Below the pieces are notes generated by a model that saw only the letters and a program-made list of their open reading frames with translations, was not told the origin of the DNA and made no database searches. Position numbers and translations under genes: made by a program. Positions 1-9,170 of a DNA stretch of 64,000 bases are shown here, in pieces. The stretch is from assembly GCA_949425575.1 (NCBI GenBank), contig CASPVX010000001.1:10789-74788 (forward strand). Direction: 5' to 3'. Positions within the stretch are counted from its first letter, which is position 1. Every line of letters begins with the position of its first letter. The stretch comes from an uncultured Bacilli bacterium. GTDB taxonomy: Bacteria > Bacillota_I > Bacilli_A > RF39 > UBA660.

Positions 1-1183
1 ATAGAACCATTATTTATTCGTCTTAAACGATATATAAGATTAAGAACAGTGCTTTTTCCGCTTCCACTATGCCCTATTATTGCATTAATTTCATTAGGAT
101 AAATTTTAAAAGAAACATTTTTAAGAATTTTTTCTCCTTTGTTTTCATATGTTACATTTTTAAATACAACTGTTCCATTTATATAATCATTATTAAATGT
201 TCCGTAATCTAGTTCCTTTTTAGGAGTATAGTCTAAAATAGTTTTAATTCTGTTCATTTGAACATTATAATTACTTAAATTTAATAAATGATTTAACATT
301 TCATCAGTACATGTGATTGTCATTTCAAAATAACTGATAAGTAACACTAATTTATCAAGAGTCATTACTTTATTGATTACAAGCAATCCCAAAATAACAT
401 AAAGCATAATCTTACCAAAATATACAATTGCTGGAATAGTACTATATCTATAGGTCATATTTTGTCTTCTTTGTATATATTGACTAGTCCACTTATTTCT
501 AAATCTATCTAGTTTTTTATTAAGACCTGGCATCATATTGAGTGTTTTTACTTGTTTAACATTTGTCATCATTTGATTAAGCATATCAATAAGCTTATCA
601 TTATATTTTCTTGTTCCCTCGTAGTGTTTTGCAACTTTTCTAGAGTTAATATCCATAAGTTTTAAATAAACTAAGTCTAAAACTAAAACAAATGTTGCAA
701 CAAAAATATTATAATACATAAATATTAAAATTATTATAACTAATTTTACAATAATCATGGTTGCTTCAACAAAGGCATCTATAACATCAACTATGTATCT
801 AACATCATCACTGCAAGTGTCTATAAGTTTTCCTTTTGACAATTTTTGTGAAATAGCATCATGATCTGCTATTTTTTCAAATAATTTCTTTTGAACTTCA
901 TTGTGATAATATTGTGCTATTTCGCTATATGTATAATATCTCCAATATCTAGAAGAAAAATAAATAACATAAAAAATTATATATAAAAATGCATAACCAA
1001 AAATAGCTGAAACATTATTTTGTGTTACCATTGCAATTATTCCCGCTGTTGCAACTGGTGGAAGTAAGCTTGAAATATGTCCTATTGCAGAAGCATAAAA
1101 CATATGCCTAATCGCTTTATTTTTATTTGGAACAAAACCTAGAATTTTCTTAAATATATCAATATATTTTTTCATTTTAATTC
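1..1183 (-). CDS. ABC transporter, fused permease/ATP-binding protein (exporter type), 3'-truncated by window edge
   Basis: Minus-strand ORF starts at ATG 1181-1183 and runs to the window edge. Translation MKKYIDIFKKILGFVPNK... has N-terminal transmembrane segments, and a Walker A GHSGSGKST is encoded near position 60. It resembles the complete ABC exporter at 15485-17245. Confidence 0.7.
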
Positions 1184-2365
1184 CTATTTAATATTTTTAT
1201 CATAATCAATATCAGAAATTTGATATTTACGATTTTCCTGAATATATCTCATTATTTTATTAACAGAAAAACCGATGATAGCTAAAATTATAAAATATAT
1301 AAATCCAAATGATGAAAAATCAGGTTTGCTTTCTGTAAATAAAGCAATAAGTGATGCACCTACACCCATTGATGTTACGATAGTTAAATTATTAACTGAT
1401 TTTGATGTTACTTCTTGTTGTAAATCGCGGAAAAGAGATGCAGCAGAATTAACATAATTTTGTGTCATTTTCCATAGTTGTTGCATATAAGCTAGAGTAT
1501 TTCCTAAAGTTTCATATCTATACCCTATTAAATCTAATGATTCTTTTAAACTTTCATCACCTTTAGCGATTTTTTCTCTTGTCTTAAGATATGTATTCAT
1601 TTGATTTATTCTAGCATCAATTAAGTTGATTGTTTTAGCATAACCATCTACTTTTGAACTAAATTTTATTATATTTTTTCCTGTTACTTTTGAATTCTCT
1701 TTTACATCTGCTATTTTTTCCCAAATAATTCTATGTAAATTTAAATATCTATGTAATTGACCTTTAAACTCACGAATAAAAATTTGTTCTTCAATATATC
1801 TTTCTACTTCTCTTATAGATTTAGTTTTATTATTGATAAAATAATACTTATTACCTCTTAAAACATCAAAATTACTATTACTAAACTCAAAATATTTTTC
1901 ATTTTCTGTTTTCTCAATCATTTCATTTATTTGTTCTTTAGGTACATTATTTAATACAATAAAATATGGATAAACCATTTCTATATTGGCAAGTTCTTTA
2001 GGTACAGGTGCTCCTAAACTAAATAAATAATTTAAAGATGGTGATAAAAGTTTTTCATAGTAATTTGCTAATTGATCAATATCATCGAATAAAGATTCTT
2101 CCTTAGTTTTATCTGTATTTAAAACAATAAGGCCGTCTTCAAATATTTTGAAATCAAATCCTTTGTTTGATTGTACATCTAAATACTCAAGACCATCTAT
2201 TTCATATTTAACACTTTCTATTCCAAGATCATTATGTAACTTTACTAATTTATTTTTATTTAATTTTAATTTTGATTCTACAGTTCTTAAAAAATCATAA
2301 ACTTCACTAAGTTGTAAAGTTGTTCTTTGAAACCAACCACCAATATATATTCTCTCAATATTCAT
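1184..2365 (-). CDS. hypothetical protein with C-terminal transmembrane helices (possible DUF155/RMD1-like)
   Basis: 393-aa ORF with a soluble N-terminal domain and two C-terminal hydrophobic segments. The family assignment is from memory only. Confidence 0.3.
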   Translation of the reverse strand: MNIERIYIGGWFQRTTLQLSEVYDFLRTVESKLKLNKNKLVKLHNDLGIESVKYEIDGLEYLDVQSNKGFDFKIFEDGLIVLNTDKTKEESLFDDIDQLANYYEKLLSPSLNYLFSLGAPVPKELANIEMVYPYFIVLNNVPKEQINEMIEKTENEKYFEFSNSNFDVLRGNKYYFINNKTKSIREVERYIEEQIFIREFKGQLHRYLNLHRIIWEKIADVKENSKVTGKNIIKFSSKVDGYAKTINLIDARINQMNTYLKTREKIAKGDESLKESLDLIGYRYETLGNTLAYMQQLWKMTQNYVNSAASLFRDLQQEVTSKSVNNLTIVTSMGVGASLIALFTESKPDFSSFGFIYFIILAIIGFSVNKIMRYIQENRKYQISDIDYDKNIK

Positions 2366-2377
2366 TTATACCACCTA

Positions 2378-2815
2378 TTAAATTTCTTTCTCAAAAAATT
2401 TAGCATCAACTACTTCAAATCCATAGTTTAAGTAACATGCATGTGCTGCTTCTCTAAAATTTTTAGACCATAAAGATAAATTTTTACATCCTTTTTCTTT
2501 GCTGATTTTTGTTATTTCATCTAAAAGTTTTGTTGCAAAATGATGTTTTCTATATTCTTCTTTTACACAAACATGATTTATTATTGAATAATTACCCATG
2601 CCTTCATACATTGTTGGAATGATTGTAGCTTTTGCATGTGCTACAATTTGTCCATCAACTGTGCCTATTAAATATATTTGATTAGAATCATTACATGTTT
2701 GATCATATGATTCTAAAGCTTTATCTAATGTAGTGTTTTCTTCAAAAACTTCATTACAAAGATCTATAATCCCTTTCACATCTTCTCTTGTTGCTAATCT
2801 TACATTTATTTCCAT
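2378..2815 (-). CDS. GNAT family N-acetyltransferase
   Basis: 145 aa with an acetyl-CoA binding-like motif in a GNAT fold context (..HHFATKLLDEI..). It is followed by its own hairpin. Confidence 0.7.
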   Translation of the reverse strand: MEINVRLATREDVKGIIDLCNEVFEENTTLDKALESYDQTCNDSNQIYLIGTVDGQIVAHAKATIIPTMYEGMGNYSIINHVCVKEEYRKHHFATKLLDEITKISKEKGCKNLSLWSKNFREAAHACYLNYGFEVVDAKFFEKEI

Positions 2816-2927
2816 TTTACTACCTCTTTCTATATTGTCTCATTTTTATTATAACATTCTAATAGATAAATTATCAAAAGCATTTTAGCTTTTTGACGTT
2901 ATATTTACAAAGTAAAAAGATTCATTT

Positions 2928-4043
2928 TCATGAATCCTTTTTATTATTTTTCTTTTTAATATCTTCTAAGACTAAAGTATAAATTATTGAACCTACTGGA
3001 ACAGCAAAAAGCATTCCTAAAAGTCCAAATAAACCTGCACCTATCATTACAGAAACTAATACCCAAATAGCTGGAAGTCCCACTGCTTTACCAATAAATC
3101 TTGGATAAAGAATATTTGAATCAACCTCTTTTAATATAAACATTAATATGATAAAAATTAATGCTTTAATTGGAGCTGTTGACACAATGAGTATTCCCCC
3201 TATAATCATTCCAATATAAACACCAACAACTGGAATAAATGCCATAAAACCAACTAAACAAGATATTTCTCCTGCATATGGAATATGTAAAACACGCATA
3301 CTGATATAACAAATGATACCAAATAAAACTGCCTCTATATATACTGGTGATATAAAATCACTAAATTTTTTTGAAAATAATTTTATAATATAAATTACTT
3401 TATCAGCTTTTTCTTTTTTCAAATAAGCATAACAAAACTGATTAAGCTGTTTCTTTAATTTTTCTTTTTCCATTAAAATATTAAAAGATAAAATTATAGC
3501 TAAAAATAATGATGTTATTAAACCTATTGCATTTTTAGCAACTTCAATAGAAAAGCTTATTAAATCTGGAGCCTTCAAAAATATTCCATTTTTAATATCA
3601 GTAAATGCATCATTAAAATAAGTATTTATTTCTTTTAAATCTAAATTTGGAAACTGTTCCTTTAAAGACAATAAAAAATTTCCAAGATAATCCTCATATA
3701 ACGGTATATTATTAATTAATGTTTTTATTATAGAGTAAATTTCTGGAATTACTATAAGTAATAATAATGAAGTTATAAATATAACAAGTAGAACTGATAA
3801 TACAATTGCTATTACTCTTTTAAGCTTCTTTTTCTTTTTACTTTTTCTATTAAGTAATTTTTCAAAATATTTCATTGGAATATTTAAAATAAAGGCTATA
3901 AATATAGCAAGTATTAATGGAAATAAAACAGCTATTATAAACTTTAAAATGGCTAAAACTATATTTAAATTAAAAATTGCGAATGTAAATACAATCGCTG
4001 AAAATATTAATATTCCAAGTTTTTTAATATCTATATTTTGCAT
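2928..4043 (-). CDS. AI-2E family transporter (PerM/YdiK-like membrane protein)
   Basis: 371 aa with about 8 transmembrane segments and an N-terminal lysine-rich loop (KSKKKKKLKR), typical of AI-2E family permeases. A terminator hairpin at 2915-2940 overlaps the stop codon. Confidence 0.6.
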   Translation of the reverse strand: MQNIDIKKLGILIFSAIVFTFAIFNLNIVLAILKFIIAVLFPLILAIFIAFILNIPMKYFEKLLNRKSKKKKKLKRVIAIVLSVLLVIFITSLLLLIVIPEIYSIIKTLINNIPLYEDYLGNFLLSLKEQFPNLDLKEINTYFNDAFTDIKNGIFLKAPDLISFSIEVAKNAIGLITSLFLAIILSFNILMEKEKLKKQLNQFCYAYLKKEKADKVIYIIKLFSKKFSDFISPVYIEAVLFGIICYISMRVLHIPYAGEISCLVGFMAFIPVVGVYIGMIIGGILIVSTAPIKALIFIILMFILKEVDSNILYPRFIGKAVGLPAIWVLVSVMIGAGLFGLLGMLFAVPVGSIIYTLVLEDIKKKNNKKDS

Positions 4044-4121
4044 TATATCTTCTCCTTTTATATGGCTTATTATATTATATAAATAATAAAAGTCAAATTA
4101 AAAAGACAATTTCTTGTCTTC

Positions 4122-5156
4122 TTATTCTAATACTAATTTTTTAGGTTCAGATGTTAAAACATCTAAATCTCCTGGAATAGAACCTGTAGCTACTAAAAAT
4201 TCTTTTCCATTTTCAGTAACTGGCATAATTAAAAATCTTTTTAGATTACCTTCTGGATCAGTTGCACCACTTATTCTGAATGCTTGATCAGAAATATCTT
4301 GGAATACTACCTTGCCATCTTGATATAAATCTCCATATCCTTTTTTTCTACAAAGTCCTTCAGACATAGAATCTTTATGATTTATTCTCAAATATATAAA
4401 ATCCATCCCTAATGGTGTTGCTGCTTCATTAATAAGCTCTACCAATTCACTACAAATTCCAAATCCACGATATTCAGGGTGAGTTGCTAATCCATATATA
4501 TATAGATTATTTAAGTTTGTAATTCCTTCGTGAAAATATGGTTTATGTTCATCTTCAACCTCATTCATAAGACCTGCATATCCCATTATTTGCCCTTTAT
4601 CATTATAACAAGCAATAGCCAATCCACCATTAATATATGCTTCAAATTCTTCCATTTTATCAACTACTGTTAATGGTTCTGCATATGGAGGTAATTTAAA
4701 TACATTAATAATATCAGCGAATTCATCAAAACTGGAAATAGTTTTTATAAAACCTTTAATTTCATCATTAGTACCTTTATGGTTGAAACTTACTACTATT
4801 GGATCCACGCCTAAAATATCTGTTGTATCTACTTTATATGCGTTAGGGTATAAACCATCATAAATTAATGCTTTTTCATAAACTCCAACGACTAAGTCAA
4901 TATATTTTTTTGTTTCTTGTTTAAGTGCTCCAGATTTTAATTCTTCAACAGCTTCTTCTAAACCGTTTTCTTTTATAAATTTTTTAATTCCTTCATCAGA
5001 GTCATCCTTTAATCCTTTTTCTTTTAAGAAATCTACAATTTGTATATTTGTAATTTCATTTTCTATATTATGTTTCTCAACAAAATTCATAATATCTTTT
5101 ATTTTATCATTATTTAATCCTTTTTCTTTTAATTGTTCTATAATTTGTTCTATCAT
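4122..5156 (-). CDS. two-domain protein with C-terminal GNAT acetyltransferase domain (possible short ArgA-like N-acetyltransferase)
   Basis: 344 aa. The C-terminal segment ..YIYGLATHPEYRGFGICSELVELI.. carries the GNAT motif A signature. The stop is followed by hairpin 4103-4120. The ORF overlaps the upstream M20 gene by 4 nt, indicating translational coupling. Confidence 0.55.
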   Translation of the reverse strand: MIEQIIEQLKEKGLNNDKIKDIMNFVEKHNIENEITNIQIVDFLKEKGLKDDSDEGIKKFIKENGLEEAVEELKSGALKQETKKYIDLVVGVYEKALIYDGLYPNAYKVDTTDILGVDPIVVSFNHKGTNDEIKGFIKTISSFDEFADIINVFKLPPYAEPLTVVDKMEEFEAYINGGLAIACYNDKGQIMGYAGLMNEVEDEHKPYFHEGITNLNNLYIYGLATHPEYRGFGICSELVELINEAATPLGMDFIYLRINHKDSMSEGLCRKKGYGDLYQDGKVVFQDISDQAFRISGATDPEGNLKRFLIMPVTENGKEFLVATGSIPGDLDVLTSEPKKLVLE

Positions 5157-6226
5157 TTTATCACTCCTTCTTTCAATACCTTTTTATAAATTTTATATAA
5201 ATCTAATAATGAATTTTTATTTACATATTCTTTTGGATGATGAGGGTAATCCCCTACTGGATTCATAAGCACTGTTGGAATCTTTTTATCAGAAAAATAT
5301 ATTGCATCTGATGTTGATTCACTTGCCACTATTTTAGGCATATGTCCTAAAACTTCTTCACATTTTTTCAAATACATTTGTATATTATCGTTATTAATAT
5401 CTGTAATAAAAGCACTACCACTAGCAACCACTTCAATTTCTAAAGCAGAATTAATTTTTTTAATTTCATTTATAATATCTTCCTTTTTTTCTGAAGCAAT
5501 ATGTCTTATATCTAAATACATCTCAGCATATCCAGGCACTTGATTTAAAGCATCTCCGCCAACTATTTTTGTTAGTGTTATAGATGTCTTATAATCATCA
5601 GAACTTTTAGGTGTTGGAAATTTTTCTATTATTTTTGTATAAACAGCAAATAAAGTTTCAATTGCATTAACACCATTATATGGTTGTGAAGCATGACATG
5701 TTTTAGTTTTTACTGATAGTTTTAATTGTAGTAACCCTTTTTCTTCACTTATAAGTTCAAAATTCTTTCCACCATCTGGCACAACTGCAAGTTTTATGTT
5801 TGGATATAATTCAACTAATTCTTTAGCACAGTTACCATCTATTTCTTCATCACTAGTTATAAATAAAGCTACTTTTTTATCCGTTTCTAATTCTTTAAAT
5901 AATGTTAAACAAACAGCAACTTGTCCCTTCATATCAATTGCCCCGCGTCCATATACATTTTCCATATCTTCTTCATATTTGTACTGTTCGCATGGTACAA
6001 CATCTATGTGTGTACAAAAAACAATGTCATAGTTTTCTTCTTCAGCATTTGAAATAACCAAAGAACCAAAACCATTAAATTCATGTTTTTTTATAAATAA
6101 ACCTTTTGGCATACTCATCTTTATTTCATCAAGTAACCGATTTGTTTTTTCCTTATCTTTAGATACTCCATCGAACTCTATTAAATATTTTAATAATTTT
6201 AATATTTCCTCTAATTTATTTTCCAT
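5153..6226 (-). CDS. M20 family metallopeptidase, ArgE/DapE-type deacetylase
   Basis: 357 aa with metal-ligand motifs HIDVVP, GRGAIDMKG and ITSDEEIDG characteristic of ArgE/DapE/CPG2 M20 enzymes. An RBS AAGAGAGGAA sits upstream of the ATG at 6226. Confidence 0.8.
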   Translation of the reverse strand: MENKLEEILKLLKYLIEFDGVSKDKEKTNRLLDEIKMSMPKGLFIKKHEFNGFGSLVISNAEEENYDIVFCTHIDVVPCEQYKYEEDMENVYGRGAIDMKGQVAVCLTLFKELETDKKVALFITSDEEIDGNCAKELVELYPNIKLAVVPDGGKNFELISEEKGLLQLKLSVKTKTCHASQPYNGVNAIETLFAVYTKIIEKFPTPKSSDDYKTSITLTKIVGGDALNQVPGYAEMYLDIRHIASEKKEDIINEIKKINSALEIEVVASGSAFITDINNDNIQMYLKKCEEVLGHMPKIVASESTSDAIYFSDKKIPTVLMNPVGDYPHHPKEYVNKNSLLDLYKIYKKVLKEGVIK

Positions 6227-6245
6227 ATAATTCCTCTCTTTTCAT

Positions 6246-6278
6246 AATAAAAACCTATGCTTATATATGCATAGGTTT
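6246..6278 (-). terminator. intrinsic terminator/attenuator hairpin immediately upstream of the M20 gene RBS
   Basis: On the minus strand the stem AAACCUAUGC, loop AUAUAUAA and stem GCAUAGGUUU are followed by a U-tract UUUUUAUUAUG. This places the terminator between a promoter and the gene start, as expected for an attenuator. Confidence 0.5.
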
Positions 6279-6369
6279 TATAATTTATCAAAATGAAATT
6301 ATTTCCCTCGCAGATACAAGCAACACAAATAGTACTTGCACCTACGATATTTTAATCGTTAAGCAAGTA

Positions 6370-6417
6370 CTAACTGAAGCGTCTGCGGTTGTTAACATTT
6401 ACTTGGAATAATTTCAT
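6370..6417 (-). other. putative leader peptide ORF (MKLFQVNVNNRRRFS) with three consecutive Arg codons
   Basis: A GGGAG RBS lies 7 nt upstream of the ATG. The 15-codon ORF contains CGC-AGA-CGC, and these Arg codons form the 5' arm of a long nested hairpin (94-172 nt from the promoter) that precedes terminator 6246-6278. Confidence 0.35.
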
Positions 6418-6447
6418 AATATCTCCCTTTCTTTTGCGTTGTTACAT

Positions 6448-6476
6448 AATTTACACTATATTTTTTATTTTGTCAA
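6448..6476 (-). promoter_or_regulatory. sigma-A type promoter for the leader/M20 operon
   Basis: On the minus strand, TTGACA is followed by 17 nt and then TGTAAATT (a TG-extended -10), starting 4 nt after the rlmD stop codon. Confidence 0.4.
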
Positions 6477-6479
6477 GTT

Positions 6480-7658
6480 TTAATTTTTCCTTTTTAGTTT
6501 TGTTATACTTTCAACATGATACGTATGTGGAAATAAATCCAAAGGTATTATTTCTTCCACAGTATAACCATCTTTAAATAAATTTATATCTCTTGCAAGT
6601 GTCATTGGATCACATGATACATATATAATTTCTTCTGGTTCAACATCTAAAATGTCTTTTATTGTTTTTTGTGAAAGACCCTTTCTTGGTGGATCAACCA
6701 CTATAATATCAGCTTTTTCTTTTAGCCCATTATCAAGATTTCCAACATAAAACTTACAATTTTCTATATTATTATTTTTAGTATTCTCCTTGGCATCCAT
6801 AACTGCCTTTTCGCTTATTTCAATTCCAATTACTTTTTTAAAATGCTTACTTAAAAATATGCCAATAGTTCCTGTACCACAATATAAATCGAGTAATGTT
6901 TTTGTTTTATCTTTAGTTATAATATCTTCTACTTTTTTATATAACTTAAATGCCATTTTTGTATTTACTTGAAAAAATGCCTTATCACTAACTAAAAAAT
7001 TAAAGTTGCCTAAATTAGCCTTTATTTTTTCTTGACCCAAAACAAGTTTGTCATCAATGTAAATACTAGAAACACCATTTAATTCTTTTATATCAATATT
7101 ACCTTTAAAACAAACCATAGTTTCATCAAATGATCTAATCATAACTTCAGAAACATTATTTAAATCCATTTTATTTATTTCTTTAATTATTTTATTTATC
7201 TTTTCATCTAATAATTCACATCTATCTATGCATATTAAATTATGAGAATCATTTTCACTATATGCCAGTTTTTCTTTTACCTTTAAAGTAACTTTATTTC
7301 GGTAATTATAAATATCATCACTAGGAATAATCTTTTTAACTACTTTTTCTAAATTTGTATATCTTTTAATTATATTTTTTATTTTTTCTTCTTTAAATTC
7401 AAGCTGTTTTTCATAAGGTACATGTTTTAAAGCACATCCACAATTTAAAATATTACACTTTGAATCTATTCTAAATGGACTTTTGTACTCAAAATCAACT
7501 ATTTCACCTTCCAAAAATTTCTTTTTTTCTTTTGTTATTTTAACAGTTACTTCTTCATTAATATAAGCATTTTTTACAAAAATTATTTTCCCCTCAACTC
7601 TACCGATTCCTCTACCTAAGTGATCAAGACCAGTTATTTTTACCAAAACATTATTCAT
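6480..7658 (-). CDS. rlmD: 23S rRNA (uracil-5-)-methyltransferase RlmD/RumA family (TRAM + SAM-dependent MTase)
   Basis: 392 aa with an N-terminal TRAM-like beta domain and Cys cluster (CNILNCGCALKH). SAM-binding DLYCGTGTIG and DPPRKG motifs are present. Confidence 0.8.
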   Translation of the reverse strand: MNNVLVKITGLDHLGRGIGRVEGKIIFVKNAYINEEVTVKITKEKKKFLEGEIVDFEYKSPFRIDSKCNILNCGCALKHVPYEKQLEFKEEKIKNIIKRYTNLEKVVKKIIPSDDIYNYRNKVTLKVKEKLAYSENDSHNLICIDRCELLDEKINKIIKEINKMDLNNVSEVMIRSFDETMVCFKGNIDIKELNGVSSIYIDDKLVLGQEKIKANLGNFNFLVSDKAFFQVNTKMAFKLYKKVEDIITKDKTKTLLDLYCGTGTIGIFLSKHFKKVIGIEISEKAVMDAKENTKNNNIENCKFYVGNLDNGLKEKADIIVVDPPRKGLSQKTIKDILDVEPEEIIYVSCDPMTLARDINLFKDGYTVEEIIPLDLFPHTYHVESITKLKRKN

Positions 7659-7736
7659 AAAATTTCTCCTTTAAAAAAATTATATCATAACTTCCTTTTT
7701 TTGGTTAATAATAATAGCATGAAAAGAAGGGATATT

Positions 7737-9170
7737 ATGAATTCGAAAGATAGATTTTTAAAGATAAAAGAAAGATTGGGAGATTGTCCTGATTTAAAGT
7801 TTAGAAATATAAGGATTGGTAAAAAAAATTCAGTAGTTTTCTTTTTAGAAAGTACTAGTAATGGTAGTACTATTAGCCAATTTATTATTGATGATATAAA
7901 TGACAAACTCGAAAAAGGAATTTTTTGCGATTTTTTTGATGCGGTTAAAAATGAAATTGCTAATTCTTCTCTTACAACAATGGAAGACGATAATGCTATT
8001 CCTTTTTACTTATCATCTGGTTTTACTATTATTTTTATTGATGATGAAAAACAGTTCATTTTATTAGAAACTAAAGCAGACCTAGATAGAGGTGTTGCTA
8101 CTTCTGAAAGTGAACCATCTTTAAGAGGACCAAAAGATAGTTTTACTGAAAATTATGCTAAAAATATTGGACTTATCAGAAAAAGAATTAAAGATGAAAA
8201 TTTATGGTTTAAGGAATTAAAAATTGGAAGAAGAACTAGAACAAAAGTAGCTATTAGTTATATTAAAGATATTGCTGATGAAAAGATCGTCAAAGATGTT
8301 AAAAAAAGACTTCAAAAAATTGATATTGATGGCATTTTAGAATCAGGTAATTTAAGAAGTTATTTATTAGATAAAGATGCTGCATTCCCGCAAATGCAAA
8401 GTACTGAAAGACCTGATACTGTATGCCAAGCACTACTTGATGGAAAAATTATTATTATGGTTGAAAATACTCCATTTACTTTAATTATTCCAACTGTTTT
8501 TGTAGATTATATTCATACTCCAGAAGATTATTATCAAAAACCATTAAATGTAAGTTTTACTAGAATTCTTAAAATATGTGCTTTCTTTATAACTATATTT
8601 ACACCTGCTATATATATTGGGGTTGTTACATTTAATCAAACTGTCGTCCCAGACGAATTATTAATATCTTTAGCAGTTCAAAGAGAAGGCGTTCCCTTTC
8701 CTACCGCATTTGAAATTATTTTACTAATGATGGTATTTGAAATCTTAAGAGAAAGCGATATCAGAATGCCTACTAATAGTGGTACTACAATGAGTATTGT
8801 GGGAGCTTTAGTTTTAGGTCAAGCAGCAGTTGATGCTGGAATTGTTTCACCAATTGCTGTTATAGTAGTTGCAATAACCTCAATATGCAGTTTAATATTT
8901 ACTGATATTGATTTTATTAATGGGATCAGATTATGGCGTTTATTATTTATTTTTGCTGCATCTTTCTTAGGTTTAATTGGTGTTTTACTTGCAGCTTTAT
9001 TACTTTTATTTAAACTATGTGATTTAAAATCTTATGGTACTGATTTTCTATCTCCTTTCGCACCTTTAAATATTAAAGATCAAAAAGACTCTTTGATTTT
9101 ATTTCCACTTAATAAAATTTTTAAAAGGCCAAGCTATATTACTGATAAAAATAAAAGGAGGCAATCATGA
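7737..9170 (+). CDS. spore germination protein, GerA/GerKA family (A subunit)
   Basis: The ORF opens at 7620, but a GAAGGGA RBS precedes the ATG at 7737 (MNSKDRFLKIKERLG...). The C-terminal 4-5 transmembrane segments are typical of GerAA. Confidence 0.8.
   Translation: MNSKDRFLKIKERLGDCPDLKFRNIRIGKKNSVVFFLESTSNGSTISQFIIDDINDKLEKGIFCDFFDAVKNEIANSSLTTMEDDNAIPFYLSSGFTIIFIDDEKQFILLETKADLDRGVATSESEPSLRGPKDSFTENYAKNIGLIRKRIKDENLWFKELKIGRRTRTKVAISYIKDIADEKIVKDVKKRLQKIDIDGILESGNLRSYLLDKDAAFPQMQSTERPDTVCQALLDGKIIIMVENTPFTLIIPTVFVDYIHTPEDYYQKPLNVSFTRILKICAFFITIFTPAIYIGVVTFNQTVVPDELLISLAVQREGVPFPTAFEIILLMMVFEILRESDIRMPTNSGTTMSIVGALVLGQAAVDAGIVSPIAVIVVAITSICSLIFTDIDFINGIRLWRLLFIFAASFLGLIGVLLAALLLLFKLCDLKSYGTDFLSPFAPLNIKDQKDSLILFPLNKIFKRPSYITDKNKRRQS

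Noticed and set aside
1275-1457. Small plus-strand ORFs overlapping larger minus-strand genes (e.g. 1275-1457, 5796-6032, 13833-14258, 16002-16331)
   Set aside because: All are embedded antisense in well-supported coding genes, lack RBS and have biased composition. They are treated as spurious.
6286-6400. Highly structured ~115-nt element considered as a known riboswitch (T-box, lysine, purine, SAM)
   Set aside because: No T-box AGGGUGGNACCGCG sequence, purine or L-box conserved junction motifs could be recognized. The structure is better explained as the pause or anti-terminator portion of a leader-peptide attenuator.
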